Below are positions 38,128 to 49,364 of a stretch of 64,000 bases of DNA, in pieces; positions within the stretch are counted from its first letter, which is position 1, and every line of letters begins with the position of its first letter. Under the pieces are notes generated by a model, which worked only from the letters and a program-made list of their open reading frames with translations, ran no database searches and was not told the origin of the DNA. The stretch comes from Mobula hypostoma (Eukaryota). Location: NCBI RefSeq assembly GCF_963921235.1, contig NC_086101.1, positions 3,412,001-3,476,000 on the forward strand, read 5' to 3'. A program made the translations under genes and the position numbers.

Positions 38128-39043
38128 TAGTCATAGTCATGCTTTATTGATCCCGGGGGAAATTGGTTTTTGTTACAGTTGCACCATAAATAATAAATAG
38201 TAATAGAATCATAAATAGTTAAATAGTAATATGTAAATTATGCCAGTAAATTATGAAATAAATCCAGGACCAGCCTATTGGCTCAGGGTGTCTGACCCTC
38301 CAAGGGAGGAGTTGTAAAGTTTAATGGCCACAGGCAGGAATGACTTCCTATGACGCTCTGTGTTGCATCTCGGTGGAATGAGTCTCTGGCTGAATGTACT
38401 CCTGTGCCCAACCAGTACATTGGATGGGCACAGGAGTACATTCAGTGGATGGGAGACATTGTCCAAGATGGCATGCAACTTGGACAGCATCCTCTTTTCA
38501 GACACCACCGTGAGAGAGTCCAGTTCCATCCCCACAACATCACTGGCCTTACGAATGAGTTTGTTGATTCTGTTGGTGTCTGCTACCCTCAGCCTGCTGC
38601 CCCAGCAGACAACAGCAAACATGATCGCACTGGCCACCACAGACTCGTAGAACATCCTCAGCATCGTCCGGCAGATGTTAAAGGACCTCAGTCTCCTCAG
38701 GAAATAGAGACGGCTCTGACCCTTCTTGTAGACAGCCTCAGTGTTCTTAGACCAGTCCAGTTTATTGTCAATTCGTATCCCCAGGTATTTGTAATCCTCC
38801 ACCATGTCCACACTGACCCCCTGGATGGAAACAGGGGTCACTGGTACCTTGGCTCTCCTCAGGTCTACCACCAGCTCTTTAGTCTTTTTCACATTAAGCT
38901 GCAGATAATTCTGCTCACACCATGTGACAAAGTTTCCTACCGTAGCCCTGTACTCAGCCTCATCTCCCTTGCTGATGCATCCAACTATGGCAGAGTCATC
39001 CGAAAACTTCTGAAGATGACAAGACTCTGTGCAGTAGTTGAAG
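38128..39043 (-). mobile_element. Rex1/Babar-like LINE young 3' copy
   Basis: ORF 38275-38892 KTKELVVDLRR..YKYLGIRIDNKLDWSKN..RLYFLRRLRSF; (GACTAT)n tail; near-identical to 56126-56895. Confidence 0.9.
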
Positions 39044-40380
39044 TACTATATGCCTATTTAAGAGTCTCTTAAATGTCCTAATGTGTCTGCCTCTCCCACC
39101 GAATGGCCTAATTCTGCTCCTATGTCTTACGGTCAAAGTGTTGAAATTGAACTCACATCTTCCACTTCCACTGGCATCTCATTCTGCACTCTCACCACCC
39201 TCTGAGTGAAGACGTTCCCCTCGGGTTCTCCTTAAACATTTCACCTTTCACCCTTTAACCCCTGACCAGTGATGGTGAAGATAATATGGAGAAGGCAATC
39301 TGTATAATGTGGCATTCTCTGAGAGTTTGTCGGTAGTGGGTGGTTGTCAGCAAGTTCTAACAGGTTGCATCATCGTCTGGCAGGGAGGGGCCACTGCACA
39401 GGATCGGAAAAAGTTGCCGAAAGTTGTAAACTCACTCAGCTCCATCACCGGCACCTGCCTCCCCACCATCCAGAACACTTTCGAAAGGCCATGCCACAAA
39501 AAAGCAGCATCCCTCACCCAGGACCCCCATCACCCATCACCCATCTTCTCATTGCTGCCATCGAGGAGGAGGTACAGGAGCCTGAAGGCAAACACTCAAC
39601 GTATCAGGAATAGCTTCTTCCCCTCCACCAACAGATTTCTGATTGGACCATGAATCCGTGTACACTACCTCAGGTTTTCTCTGTCTGTTTTTGCATTACT
39701 CACTTAATTTAAATAATTAAGTCCCGAAGAAGGGTCTCAGCTCAAAATTATTCATTTCCATAGTTGCTGCCTGTCCTGCTGAGTCCCTGCAGCATTTTTT
39801 GTGTGTGCGTGTGTGTGTGTGTGTGTGTTGCTTTGGACTTCCAGCAACTGCAGACTTTCCCATGATTTCCAATCCTGTACATTTAATTTAAATTTTTATA
39901 TATAGTTATTGTATTGGGTTGCAGGGTGGAGATGCGTCTCTACCAGGTGTGAGGTGCTCCTTCCCTCCGCTAGCCTGCAGGTCACCCTTGGGCAAGGTGT
40001 AGCACCTGCTTAGCTCCCCTGCGCAGGGTCACCTGAAGCCATGGGTGCAACTGCTGTACGTTCGTATGAGTAGCTGGTGCACATCACAAGTCCTGGGTAT
40101 GTGACCACTGACTATTGATAATGACTGCGGTCACCCATCTTAAGTCACTGTCCAGAGGAAGACGATGGCAAGCCAGAATTAGCCAAGAATAATTGTGGTC
40201 ATGGATGAGACCAGTTGCCCATGTCCTGCAGCGTGGCACACGGCGATGATGATGCTAATGTGTAGTTTTATTGTTAAGTATTTCAATGTACTGCTGCCAC
40301 AACACCACAGGTTTTATGACAGATGCCAGTGATGTTGATAATCAGAATCAGGCTGAGTCTCTGTCTGTCCCCTCCCGCAG

Positions 40381-40487
40381 AGAGGCGTGGTGTGGGAGGA
40401 GGTTCTGATTATGCTTCCAGACCACGTGAATCTCATCCTGCTCAGCGCTACCGTGCCCAACACTCTGGAGTTTGCCGACTGGATTGG
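40381..40487 (+). CDS. SKIV2L: SKIV2L coding exon (approx. exon 13; SAT motif III)
   Basis: cccgcag|AGA...GG|gtgagt; [35 protein letters not shown](G); 107 nt. Confidence 0.98.
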
Positions 40488-41254
40488 GTGAGTATGTTCG
40501 GCTCTGTCTGTGCGCGTGCCCCTCTCACTCTCTCCCCTGGCAACAGCAGTGCATTATCTACCAAATGTACGGCAACCAGCTCTCCAGACCCATTGCCTGT
40601 CCCTCTGAAGGGGACCGGTTTGGAGTCAATACAAAGATAGGTGGAGACGCAGGAGGGCTTGAACTGATTTTCTGGGTAAGTCATACCTGATCAATTTCCC
40701 AGATTATAAGGTAGTTACCAGTGCAAAATGACTTTCGCAACCCTTTTGCTGAAACTGTGCAGTTGAAAAAGGATCTAGTGCTTTCCCAGCACATATGACG
40801 CACAAATTCCTCTTCACCGTGTAGATGGTGGAGTTTGTCAATGAAATGTCGGTTAAAATGGATACCTGGACCCAGCTGGAAGCCCGAGAGAAGTGTACGT
40901 GTTTGTAGGTATTTAGTTATTTGGTAAGACCACATTTGGAGTGCAGTGTAGTCTTGCTTAAAAGAGTATATACCTGCCTTTGTTTAGAGATACAGCACAG
41001 TAACAGGTCCTTCCAGCCTAATGAGCCCGTGCTGCCCATTACCCCCGCGTGACCCATTAACCAACCAGTGGTCGCATCTTTGGAATGTGGGAGGAAACCA
41101 GAGCATCTGGGGTAAACCCACCCAGTCACGGGGAGAAAGAACAAACTCCTGACAGATGGCGACCAAGTTGAGCCCAGACGTTACAGCATTTTGCTAAACA
41201 CGTGCTGTCTCTAAAGCCAGAGGTATATCTCTAGATTACTACCCATGCCACACA

Positions 41255-41725
41255 TCAGTGAGGGTAGAAACAGGATGGTTTGGCAGATAAATGTGTGGCT
41301 GAGAAGCTGGTGCGGGGGTGCGGGGGGCAGGGCTTCAGGTTCTTGGATCGTTGGGATCTCTTCTGGGGCAGGCATAACCTGTACAAAAGGGACGGGTTGC
41401 ACCTGAACCTGAGGGGCAGCAATATTCTTGCGGGCAGGTTTGTTAGAGCCATTGGGGAGGGCTTAAACTGATTTGACCGGGGGGGGGGGTGGGAACTGGA
41501 GAGAAGGGACACAGGTTAGGACAGATGGTTAAAAAAAAAAGTAAAGATAGCGTGCAGTCAGACCGTCAGGAAGGGCAGGCAGGTGATGGGACAAAATTGT
41601 AGCCACCAGGGTGAGTATCAGTCCATTGGGAATGCAGAATCAAGAAGGGTAGCAAATACAGCTCTCAAAGTGTTATATCTCAGTGCACAAAGTACAAGAG
41701 ATAAGGTGGATGAACTTGTTGCACT
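41255..41725 (+). mobile_element. CR1 ORF1 end (SGNH esterase) and ORF2 start fragment
   Basis: GFRFLDRWDLFWGRHNLYKRDGLHLNLRGSNILAGRF. Confidence 0.8.
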
Positions 41726-41739
41726 TCGACAGATAGTCC

Positions 41740-44271
41740 AAAACACCACAAGACATTAGGAGGAGAATTAGGCCACTCAGCCATCGAGTCTGCTCCGCCA
41801 TTCCATCGTGGCTGATCCCGGATCCCACTCAACCCCACACACCTGCCCTTTGATGCTCTGACATCTGAGGGAACTATCAACTTCTGCTTTAAATATACCC
41901 ACAGACTTGGCCTGTGGCTGAATATTGCACAGATTCGCTACTCTGGCCAAGAAGATTCCTCCTTACCTCTGATCTAAAAGGAGCCCCTCAAATTTGAGGC
42001 TGTGCCCTCTAGTTCTGGATGCCCCCACCATAGGAAACATCTCCACATCCAACTTATCTAGTCCCTTCAACACTTGGTAGGTTTCGGTGAGATCCCCTGC
42101 CTCCTACATTCCAGTGAGTAGAGGTCCAGAGCTGCCAAACACTCCTCAAGTGTTAACCCCTTCATTCCCGGAATCATCCTCATGAACCTCCTCTGGACTC
42201 TCTCCAATGACAACACATCCCGTCTGAGATATGGGGCCCAAAACTGACAATACTCCAAGTGCAGACTGAGGCTCAACTTTATCTCCTTGCTTTTATATTC
42301 TATTCCCCTTGAAATAAATGCCAACATTGTCTTCTTTACCATAGATTCAACCTGTAAACTAACCTTCTGGGAGTCTTGCACGAGGACTCACAAGTCCCTT
42401 TGCACCTCTGATGTTTGAATTTTCTCCCCAGTTTGATAACAGTCTGCACTGTTTTTCCTTTTACAAAAATGCATTTTTATACATTCTTGGAATTCCTTGA
42501 GAAGATTACACATAAAGGGGATGTGGTCATTATTGTATATTTGGATTTTCAGACATGGTGCCACACATGAGGCTACTTGCCAAGTTGTGAGGGCATGGTG
42601 TTACGGGAAAGTTACTGGCATGGTTAGAGCATTGGCTGATGAGTAGGAGGCAGCAAGTGGGAATAGCCGTTTCTGGTTACCTGCCGGTGACGAGGGAGGC
42701 TCTGCAGGGACCGCCTCTTTTTATGTAGTCTATCAATGATTTAGATGATGGAATTTGTTCCCAAGTTTGCAAAAGGATTCGAAGATTGGTGTAGAGGCAG
42801 GTAGTGTTAAGGAAGCAGGCAGGATGCAGAAACATAGAAAATAGGTGCAGGAGTAGGCCATTCGGCCCTTCGAGCCTGCACCGCCATTCAGTATGATCAT
42901 GGCTGATCATCCAACTCAGAATCCTGTACCAGCCTTCCCTCCATACCCTCTGATCCCTTTAGCCACAAGGGCCATATCTAACTCCCTCTTAAATATAGCC
43001 AATGAACTGGCCTCAACTGTTTCCTGTGGCAGAGAATTCCACAGATTCACCACTCTCTGTGTGAAGAAGTTTTTCCTAATCTCAGTCCTAAAAGGCTTAC
43101 CCCTTATCCTCGAACTGTGACCCCTCGTTCTGGACTTCCCCAACATCGGGAACAATCTTCCTGCATCTAGCCTGTCCAATCCCTTTAGGATCTTATACGT
43201 TTCAATCAGATCCCCCCTCAATCTTCTAAATTCCAACGAGTATAATCCTAGTTCCTCCAGTCTTTCTTCATATGAAAGTCCTGCCATCCCAGGAATCAGT
43301 CTGGTGAACCTTCTTTGTACTCCCTCTATGGCAAGGATGTCGTTCCTCAGATTAGGCGACCAAAACTGCACACAATACTCCAGGTGTGGTCTCACCAAGG
43401 CCTTGTACAACTGCAGTAGTACCTCCCTGCTCCTGTACTCGAATCCTCTCGCTATAAATGCCAGCATACCATTCGCCTTTTTCACCGCCTGTTGTACCTG
43501 CATGCCCACTTTCAATGACACCCGGGTCTCGTTGCACCTCCCCTTTTCCTAATCGGTCACCATTCAGATAATCTGTTTTCCTGTTTTTGCCACCAAAGTG
43601 GATTTAGACAGATTAGGAGATTGGGCAAGAGAGTGGCAAATGAAATACAATGTTGGAAAATGCATGGACATGTACTTTGATAGTAGAAATAAATGTGCAG
43701 ACTATTTTCGAAATAAGGAAAAAAAAATCGAAAAATCTGAGAAATCCAATGAAATACAATGTTGGAAAGTGTATGGTTATGCACTTTGGCAGAAGAAATA
43801 AACGGGCAGACTATTATTTAAATAGGGAGAGAATTCAAAGTTCTGAGATGCAATGGGACTTGGGAATCCTCATGCAGGATACCCTTAAGGTTAACCTCCA
43901 GGTTGAGTTGGTGGTGAAGAAGGCGAATGCAATGTTGGCATTCATTTCTAGCGGAATAGAGTACAGGAGCAGGGATGTGATGTTGAGGCTCTATAAGGCG
44001 CTGGTGAGACCTCACTTGGAGTACAGTGGGCAGTTTTGATCTCCTTATTTAAGAAAGGATGTGCTGACGTTGGAGAGGGTACAGAGAAGATTCACTAGAA
44101 TGATTCCGGGAATGAGAGGGTTAACATATGAGGAACGTTTGTCCGCTCTTGGACTGTATTCCTTGGAGTTCAGAAGAATGAGGGGGGACCTCATAGAAAC
44201 ATTTCGAATGTTGAAAGGCATGGACAGAGTGGATGTGGCGAAGTTGTTTCCCATGATGGGGGAGTCTAGTA
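41740..44271. mobile_element. Cluster of nested CR1 fragments (minus 41740-42480; plus 42490-42830; young minus copy 42830-43600; plus 43600-44271 continuing after the LTR element)
   Basis: CR1 RT C-terminal peptides on both strands; the + strand CR1 is split at GGGAGTCTAGTA|CGAGAGGGCATG by the LTR element and resumes at 49059-49350. Confidence 0.85.
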
Positions 44272-45119
44272 TGTTACGAGAATACACATAAAATTAAGAT
44301 GTTTGCTGGCCTGGGCTAGCATCAGTGGCATCAGCAGTTGGTCTGCCACCTGCCCTCAGGGGAAGGAGAAATAAGGAACAATGGAGCAGCGTCTGGAGAT
44401 GTGTAATGAAGGGATGTGGGAGGGAGAGCTGTCTGGAGCGGCTCCCCCCTTTGAACCCTGAACTGTTTGAAGTGATGGACAGGCGATACCCCAGCAGGGG
44501 GATAAAAAGGGACAGGTTCGCTAAGACACACACACGCCACCCGAGGTAACGAGACCCTGGAAGCGGTGCGCTTCTCACGAGTGGGTGAGAAGTACCAGAC
44601 AACGACAAGGGTGAAAAGGTACGATCAGCGGGAACCCGGTGTGTGTCCGCCCTTGCCTGGGTGCCGGGTTCACTGCAGAGGATCGACCGCATCTGGAGGA
44701 GGGGTCACAGTCGGTGACCTCAGGTGACATCACCAAGGACCCGCCCAAAAGCTGTTTGCGAGCCATCCCGCTGGTCTGTGAGTGAAGCCGTTCTGAATGA
44801 TCAGTTGTTCCTATTCTATGTCTCTCTTCCCCCACCTTGTCCATCGCCATGGCAACGATTACTGCGAACTGAACTGGACTGAACTTTGAGTCATTTTGAA
44901 ATTGGTCATTTACCCCTAGACAACGATAGAGCTTGATTGATGCTGTTATCTTAATGCTGTGCACGTGTGTTTATCATCACTGAACTGTTGCATTTATTAT
45001 CCTTTCGATTACTGTGTTGCTTGTTTCTTTAATAAAACTTTCTTAGTTCTAGTACTCCAGACTCCAACTGAGTGATCCATTTCTGCTGGTTTGGCAACCC
45101 AGTTACGGGGTACGTAACA
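44272..45119 (+). repeat. 5' LTR
   Basis: 7-bp terminal inverted repeats; TATA-like GATAAAAAG 44501-44509; AATAAA 45031-45036. Confidence 0.95.
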
Positions 45120-45123
45120 TAAG

Positions 45124-45142
45124 TGGGGTTCTCGTCCGCGAT
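45124..45142 (+). promoter_or_regulatory. Primer-binding site, tRNA-Pro-like (imperfect)
   Basis: TGGGGTTCTCGTCCGCGAT, 4 nt after the LTR, versus canonical tRNA-Pro PBS TGGGGGCTCGTCCGGGAT. Confidence 0.75.
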
Positions 45143-45218
45143 TTTGAACGCTAAATTTGGGACGGAGTAAATTGATTGGGTTAAAATTCCCGAAAGAAAG
45201 AAAAGACAAACAGCAGAA

Positions 45219-48038
45219 ATGGAGGTTGAGGAATTTATAAAGGCGCCGACCTTGGAGGCATTAGAGGATGCCAGGAAATCGGAATTGTTAGCTGTGGCCG
45301 AACGGTTGAATCTTTCTAAGGTGAAGTCGACAATGAGGAGAGAGGAGATACACAGAGCTATTGTAGAGCACTATGTATCTAAAGGTGTGTTTCCCCAAGG
45401 TGAGCTGGGGGAGGTGTCTGTTGAAAAACCTGCTGGAGACGCAGTACAGGTACAGCTTGAAAAACTGAGACTCGAGCACGAGTTCCGGGTACGGCAGTTA
45501 GAACACGAAGAGAAAGAGAGAGAGGTAGAAAGGCAAGAGAGAGAAAGACAGTTGGAGAGAGAAGAGAGAGAGAGGGACAGACAGTTGGAGAGAGAGGAGA
45601 AACAGAGGGAAAGGGAATTCGAGTTGGAAAAGTTAAGGATAAGGGCCGAGCAGGGGCTCGTGCCGAACCAAGGTGGAGGGTTCCGGGCGACCCAGGAGGT
45701 TAGGCTGGTTCCCCCATTTGACGATACCGATGTGGATCGGTACTTTCTCCACTTCGAAAAAGTAGCTATAAGTCAGGACTGGCCGAGGGATAAGTGGGTT
45801 GTTTTACTTCAGAGTGTACTGAAAGGGAAAGCCCAACAAGCTTACTCCGCTTTATCCGCGGAAGATGCCCAGAAGTATGAGGTGGTGAAGGAGGCCATCC
45901 TCAGGATTTATGAGTTGGTCCCGGAGGCATACCGGCAGAGGTTCCGGAATGCGAGGAAGCGGTGGGACCGCACGTATTTGGAGTTTGCTCGTGAGATGCA
46001 AACATATTGTGAGCGTTGGTGCGCCTCGAAGGGGGTAGAGGGGGATTATGACAGACTGCTGCAGCTGATTCTGATTGAGCAGTTTAAAGGTTGTGTCCCT
46101 GAGGGTATGAGACCCTACCTCGATGAGAAAGAGGCAGCCACGTTAGCCGCAACTGCTAAGTTAGCGGATGAGTATGCGTTGACGCATAAAATGAAGTTTG
46201 CCCCGAGTAAAGGCTACCAGAAGGGTAGTCAGGACGGCGGGGAGAGTCCACCGGAAAAGTCAGAAAGTAAGCCGGGGACTAGTGAAAAGGATAAGGTAGA
46301 CCGGGAGCAGTCTGGTAGGAAGTCTCCTGGGGTCGTCTGTTATAATTGTGGGAAAGTCGGACACTTTGCGTCCAGGTGCTTTGCCCCAAGGAAGGAGACG
46401 GGGAAAGGAAAAGCGGAAATTTTGAATGGCTGTATTGAGCTGTTAAGCGAACCGCTAGGGAAGGACAGGTCTGAAAAAGTCCAGGAAGGGCGCGAGAGGT
46501 TTATCTCGGCCGGACTGGTGTCAGTGAAGGAGAGGTTAAAACCAGTTCCAGTGCAGATCTGGAGAGACACGGGAGCGTGTCAGTCACTAATACTGAAGAG
46601 TGTATTAGAGTTTAGCTCAGAGACCCAGACTGGGGAGGTAGAGGTCAAAGGTGTTGGGGAAGGGACAGAGTCGGTCCCTTTGCACCAGATACATTTACAG
46701 AGCAACCTGGTCTCTGGACTAGTCACGATCGGGGTGAGGTCCGAATTACCGATGAAAGACGTGGAAGTCTTGCTCGGTAATGACATCGCCGGAGGAATCG
46801 TGTTCCCAGTCGTGAGATTGACGGGTCAGCCTGCCAGCATGGAGGCCCCGCCCGCGATGGTGAATTTGGCTGAAACATTTCTGCCAACCTTGTATGAGAC
46901 AGGGTGTAGTGAGATAAGAGGTAGTGAGGGAGCTGGGACGGACGTAGCAGTAGCCAGGAAAGAATTTGTGCAGACGCAGGAGCGAGACGAGGGGCTGATG
47001 GTTTTTGCCGAGACCGCTCTCTCTGACACAGCCTTGACAAGCTATTGTGCGGATAAGGAGGTGCTAAGGAAGAAAGGGAAATCAAGTACAGCATCCGCAG
47101 ATGAGGAGTGGGGGGTGGTGCAAAAGAGTTATGGGGATGAGGTTTTTAACATGGCCCACGAGGTACCCCCCGGTGGACATTTTGCGGTGCTGGAGGAAAC
47201 AGTTGGTGGAATCATGAAAGAGAGTTACCGGCTGCCCAGGGGGAAAAATGTTATTGATCATGACCGACGCGAACTGAGACGGTCACCGGCTTTTGATATG
47301 CTAACAAACCTAGTCGGTGTTAGCGTGGAAATCAATGAAGCTAGGGGCCCCTTGATAAGAGGAAAAAACCATTTTGAAAAGATTAGGATGGGATCGGTCA
47401 GATGGGAGAAGGCTATTGTTTTGGCCAGGTCTACTGATAAGGTCTCTCCCTTAATCCCCGAAGGAGTAATTAAACGACTCGCACCCATGTGTTTGATTGT
47501 CCCGAGGAAATGCAAAGAACTGGGACGTTGGGTGATTGTGGTTACAATAGGGCGGCCAAGTAAACAACACCCATATTTTTCGAGTAATTCAGTGACTAAA
47601 GGGCTGATGAACACAGAGGTGTGTATTGGCAATTTAACACGGCTGTCTGAAGCCAGTCTGATAGTGAACCTTGAAAAAAATGAATTCGGCCACACGAGAG
47701 TCACTTACCTGGGAATTGTGGTGACACAGGGGCAGCTGGCAGCGATGCAAGCTGCAGTGCAGGCTATCGCTGACCTCCCCACCCCGACAGACAAGAGGGC
47801 CCTCAGAAGGCTCTTGGAGATGGTGGGGTACTGCAGGAAGTTTTGCAATAACTCTGCGGTCAATACCCGTCCCCCTCCTACTAAGCCCTTGCGAGAGAAA
47901 ACTGAGTCGGAATGGGACGACCCTTGTTATTGTGGTCCGGGACAAAACCAAATGAGAGGTTACATTGGTCGCAATTCATCAGTGTTTTTGGCCACTATGA
48001 AGTTTGCTGAGTTGGAGCCTGGTCTAAGGGATTATTAA
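45219..48038 (+). CDS. Gag-protease polyprotein with degenerate integrase/RT tail (939 aa)
   Basis: E/R-rich coiled coil; capsid/SCAN-like RLVPPFDDTDVDRYFLHFEKVA..WP..PEAYRQRFR..LLQLILIEQF; CCHC CYNCGKVGHFASRC (46338-46379); protease IWRDTGACQS (DTG 46566-46574); IN Zn-finger-like AHEVPPGGH; RT thumb-like RLSEASLIVNLEKNEF..VTYLG..PTPTDKRALRRLLEMVGYCRKF. Confidence 0.88.
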   Translation: MEVEEFIKAPTLEALEDARKSELLAVAERLNLSKVKSTMRREEIHRAIVEHYVSKGVFPQGELGEVSVEKPAGDAVQVQLEKLRLEHEFRVRQLEHEEKEREVERQERERQLEREERERDRQLEREEKQREREFELEKLRIRAEQGLVPNQGGGFRATQEVRLVPPFDDTDVDRYFLHFEKVAISQDWPRDKWVVLLQSVLKGKAQQAYSALSAEDAQKYEVVKEAILRIYELVPEAYRQRFRNARKRWDRTYLEFAREMQTYCERWCASKGVEGDYDRLLQLILIEQFKGCVPEGMRPYLDEKEAATLAATAKLADEYALTHKMKFAPSKGYQKGSQDGGESPPEKSESKPGTSEKDKVDREQSGRKSPGVVCYNCGKVGHFASRCFAPRKETGKGKAEILNGCIELLSEPLGKDRSEKVQEGRERFISAGLVSVKERLKPVPVQIWRDTGACQSLILKSVLEFSSETQTGEVEVKGVGEGTESVPLHQIHLQSNLVSGLVTIGVRSELPMKDVEVLLGNDIAGGIVFPVVRLTGQPASMEAPPAMVNLAETFLPTLYETGCSEIRGSEGAGTDVAVARKEFVQTQERDEGLMVFAETALSDTALTSYCADKEVLRKKGKSSTASADEEWGVVQKSYGDEVFNMAHEVPPGGHFAVLEETVGGIMKESYRLPRGKNVIDHDRRELRRSPAFDMLTNLVGVSVEINEARGPLIRGKNHFEKIRMGSVRWEKAIVLARSTDKVSPLIPEGVIKRLAPMCLIVPRKCKELGRWVIVVTIGRPSKQHPYFSSNSVTKGLMNTEVCIGNLTRLSEASLIVNLEKNEFGHTRVTYLGIVVTQGQLAAMQAAVQAIADLPTPTDKRALRRLLEMVGYCRKFCNNSAVNTRPPPTKPLREKTESEWDDPCYCGPGQNQMRGYIGRNSSVFLATMKFAELEPGLRDY

Positions 48039-48198
48039 TAACACGTGTAAAAGGAACAGAAAATGTGATGACTGTCTGTCAAGGTGTTGACAGCTTCAAA
48101 TTCTCTGTATTAGCTAAATAACTGTTAAAGATGTATATTGTGTATGTATCAGATAATGTAGTCATGTTTGTAATTTTTACCTCCCGGTAAAAATCCTT

Positions 48199-48210
48199 AA
48201 AGGGGGGAAG
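48199..48210 (+). promoter_or_regulatory. Polypurine tract
   Basis: AAAGGGGGGAAG immediately before the 3' LTR. Confidence 0.85.
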
Positions 48211-49058
48211 TGTTACGAGAATACACATAAAATTAAGATGTTTGCTGGCCTGGGCTAGCATCAGTGGCATCAGCAGTTGGTCTGCCACCTGCCCTCAGGG
48301 GAAGGAGAAATAAGGAACAATGGAGCAGCGTCTGGAGATGTGTAATGAAGGGATGTGGGAGGGAGAGCTGTCTGGAGCGGCTCCCCCCTTTGAACCCTGA
48401 ACTGTTTGAAGTGATGGACAGGCGATACCCCAGCAGGGGGATAAAAAGGGACAGGTTCGCTAAGACACACACACGCCACCCGAGGTAACGAGACCCTGGA
48501 AGCGGTGCGCTTCTCACGAGTGGGTGAGAAGTACCAGACAACGACAAGGGTGAAAAGGTACGATCAGCGGGAACCCGGTGTGTGTCCGCCCTTGCCTGGG
48601 TGCCGGGTTCACTGCAGAGGATCGACCGCATCTGGAGGAGGGGTCACAGTCGGTGACCTTAGGTGACATCACCAAGGACCCGCCCAAATGCTGTTTGCGA
48701 GCCATCTCGCTGGTCTGTGAGTGAAGCTGTGCTGAATGATGAGTTGTTCCTGTTCTATCTCTCTCTTCCCCCACCTTGTCCATCGCCATGGCAACGATTA
48801 CTGCGAACTGAACTGGACTGAACTTTGAGTCATTTTGAAATTGGTCATTTACCCCTAGACAACGATAGAGCTTGATTGATGCTGTTATCTTAATGCTGTG
48901 CACGTGTGTTTATCATCACTGAACTGTTGCATTTATTATCCTTTCGATTACTGTGTTGCTTGTTTCTTTAATAAAACTTTCTTAGTTCTAGTACTCCAGA
49001 CTCCAACTGAGTGATCCATTTCTGCTGGTTTGGCAACCCAGTTACGGGGTACGTAACA
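48211..49058 (+). repeat. 3' LTR
   Basis: Same length as the 5' LTR; 8 mismatches by eye; AATAAA 48970-48975. Confidence 0.95.
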
Positions 49059-49364
49059 AGTACGAGAGGGCATGACTTAAGGATTGAAGGGCTCCCATTC
49101 AGAACAGAAATACGAGAAATTTTTTTAGCCAGAGGGTGGTGAATCTATGGAATTTGTTGCCACAGGCAGCAGTGGAGGCCAAGTCATTGGGTGTATTTAA
49201 GGCAGAGATTGATAGGTATCTGAGTAGCCAGGGCATCAAAGGTTATGATGAGAAGGTGGGGGAGTGGGACTAAATGGGAGAATGGATCAGCTCATGATAG
49301 AATGGCGGAGCAGACTCGATGGGCCGAGTGGCCGACTTCTGCTCCTTTGTCTTACGGACTATGG

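Larger units (their letters stand above)
44272..49058 (+). mobile_element. Complete non-autonomous Ty3/Gypsy (Gmr1-like) LTR retrotransposon, 4787 bp
   Basis: Two 848-bp LTRs (TGTTACG...CGTAACA), TSD AGTA (44268-44271 / 49059-49062), PBS, PPT and one long ORF. Confidence 0.95.

Noticed and set aside
45219..48038. Domesticated host SCAN/Gag gene or endogenous retrovirus
   Set aside because: Flanked by near-identical LTRs with TSD inside a CR1, so it is a recent mobile insertion; there is no env, and the domain remnants are Gypsy-like.
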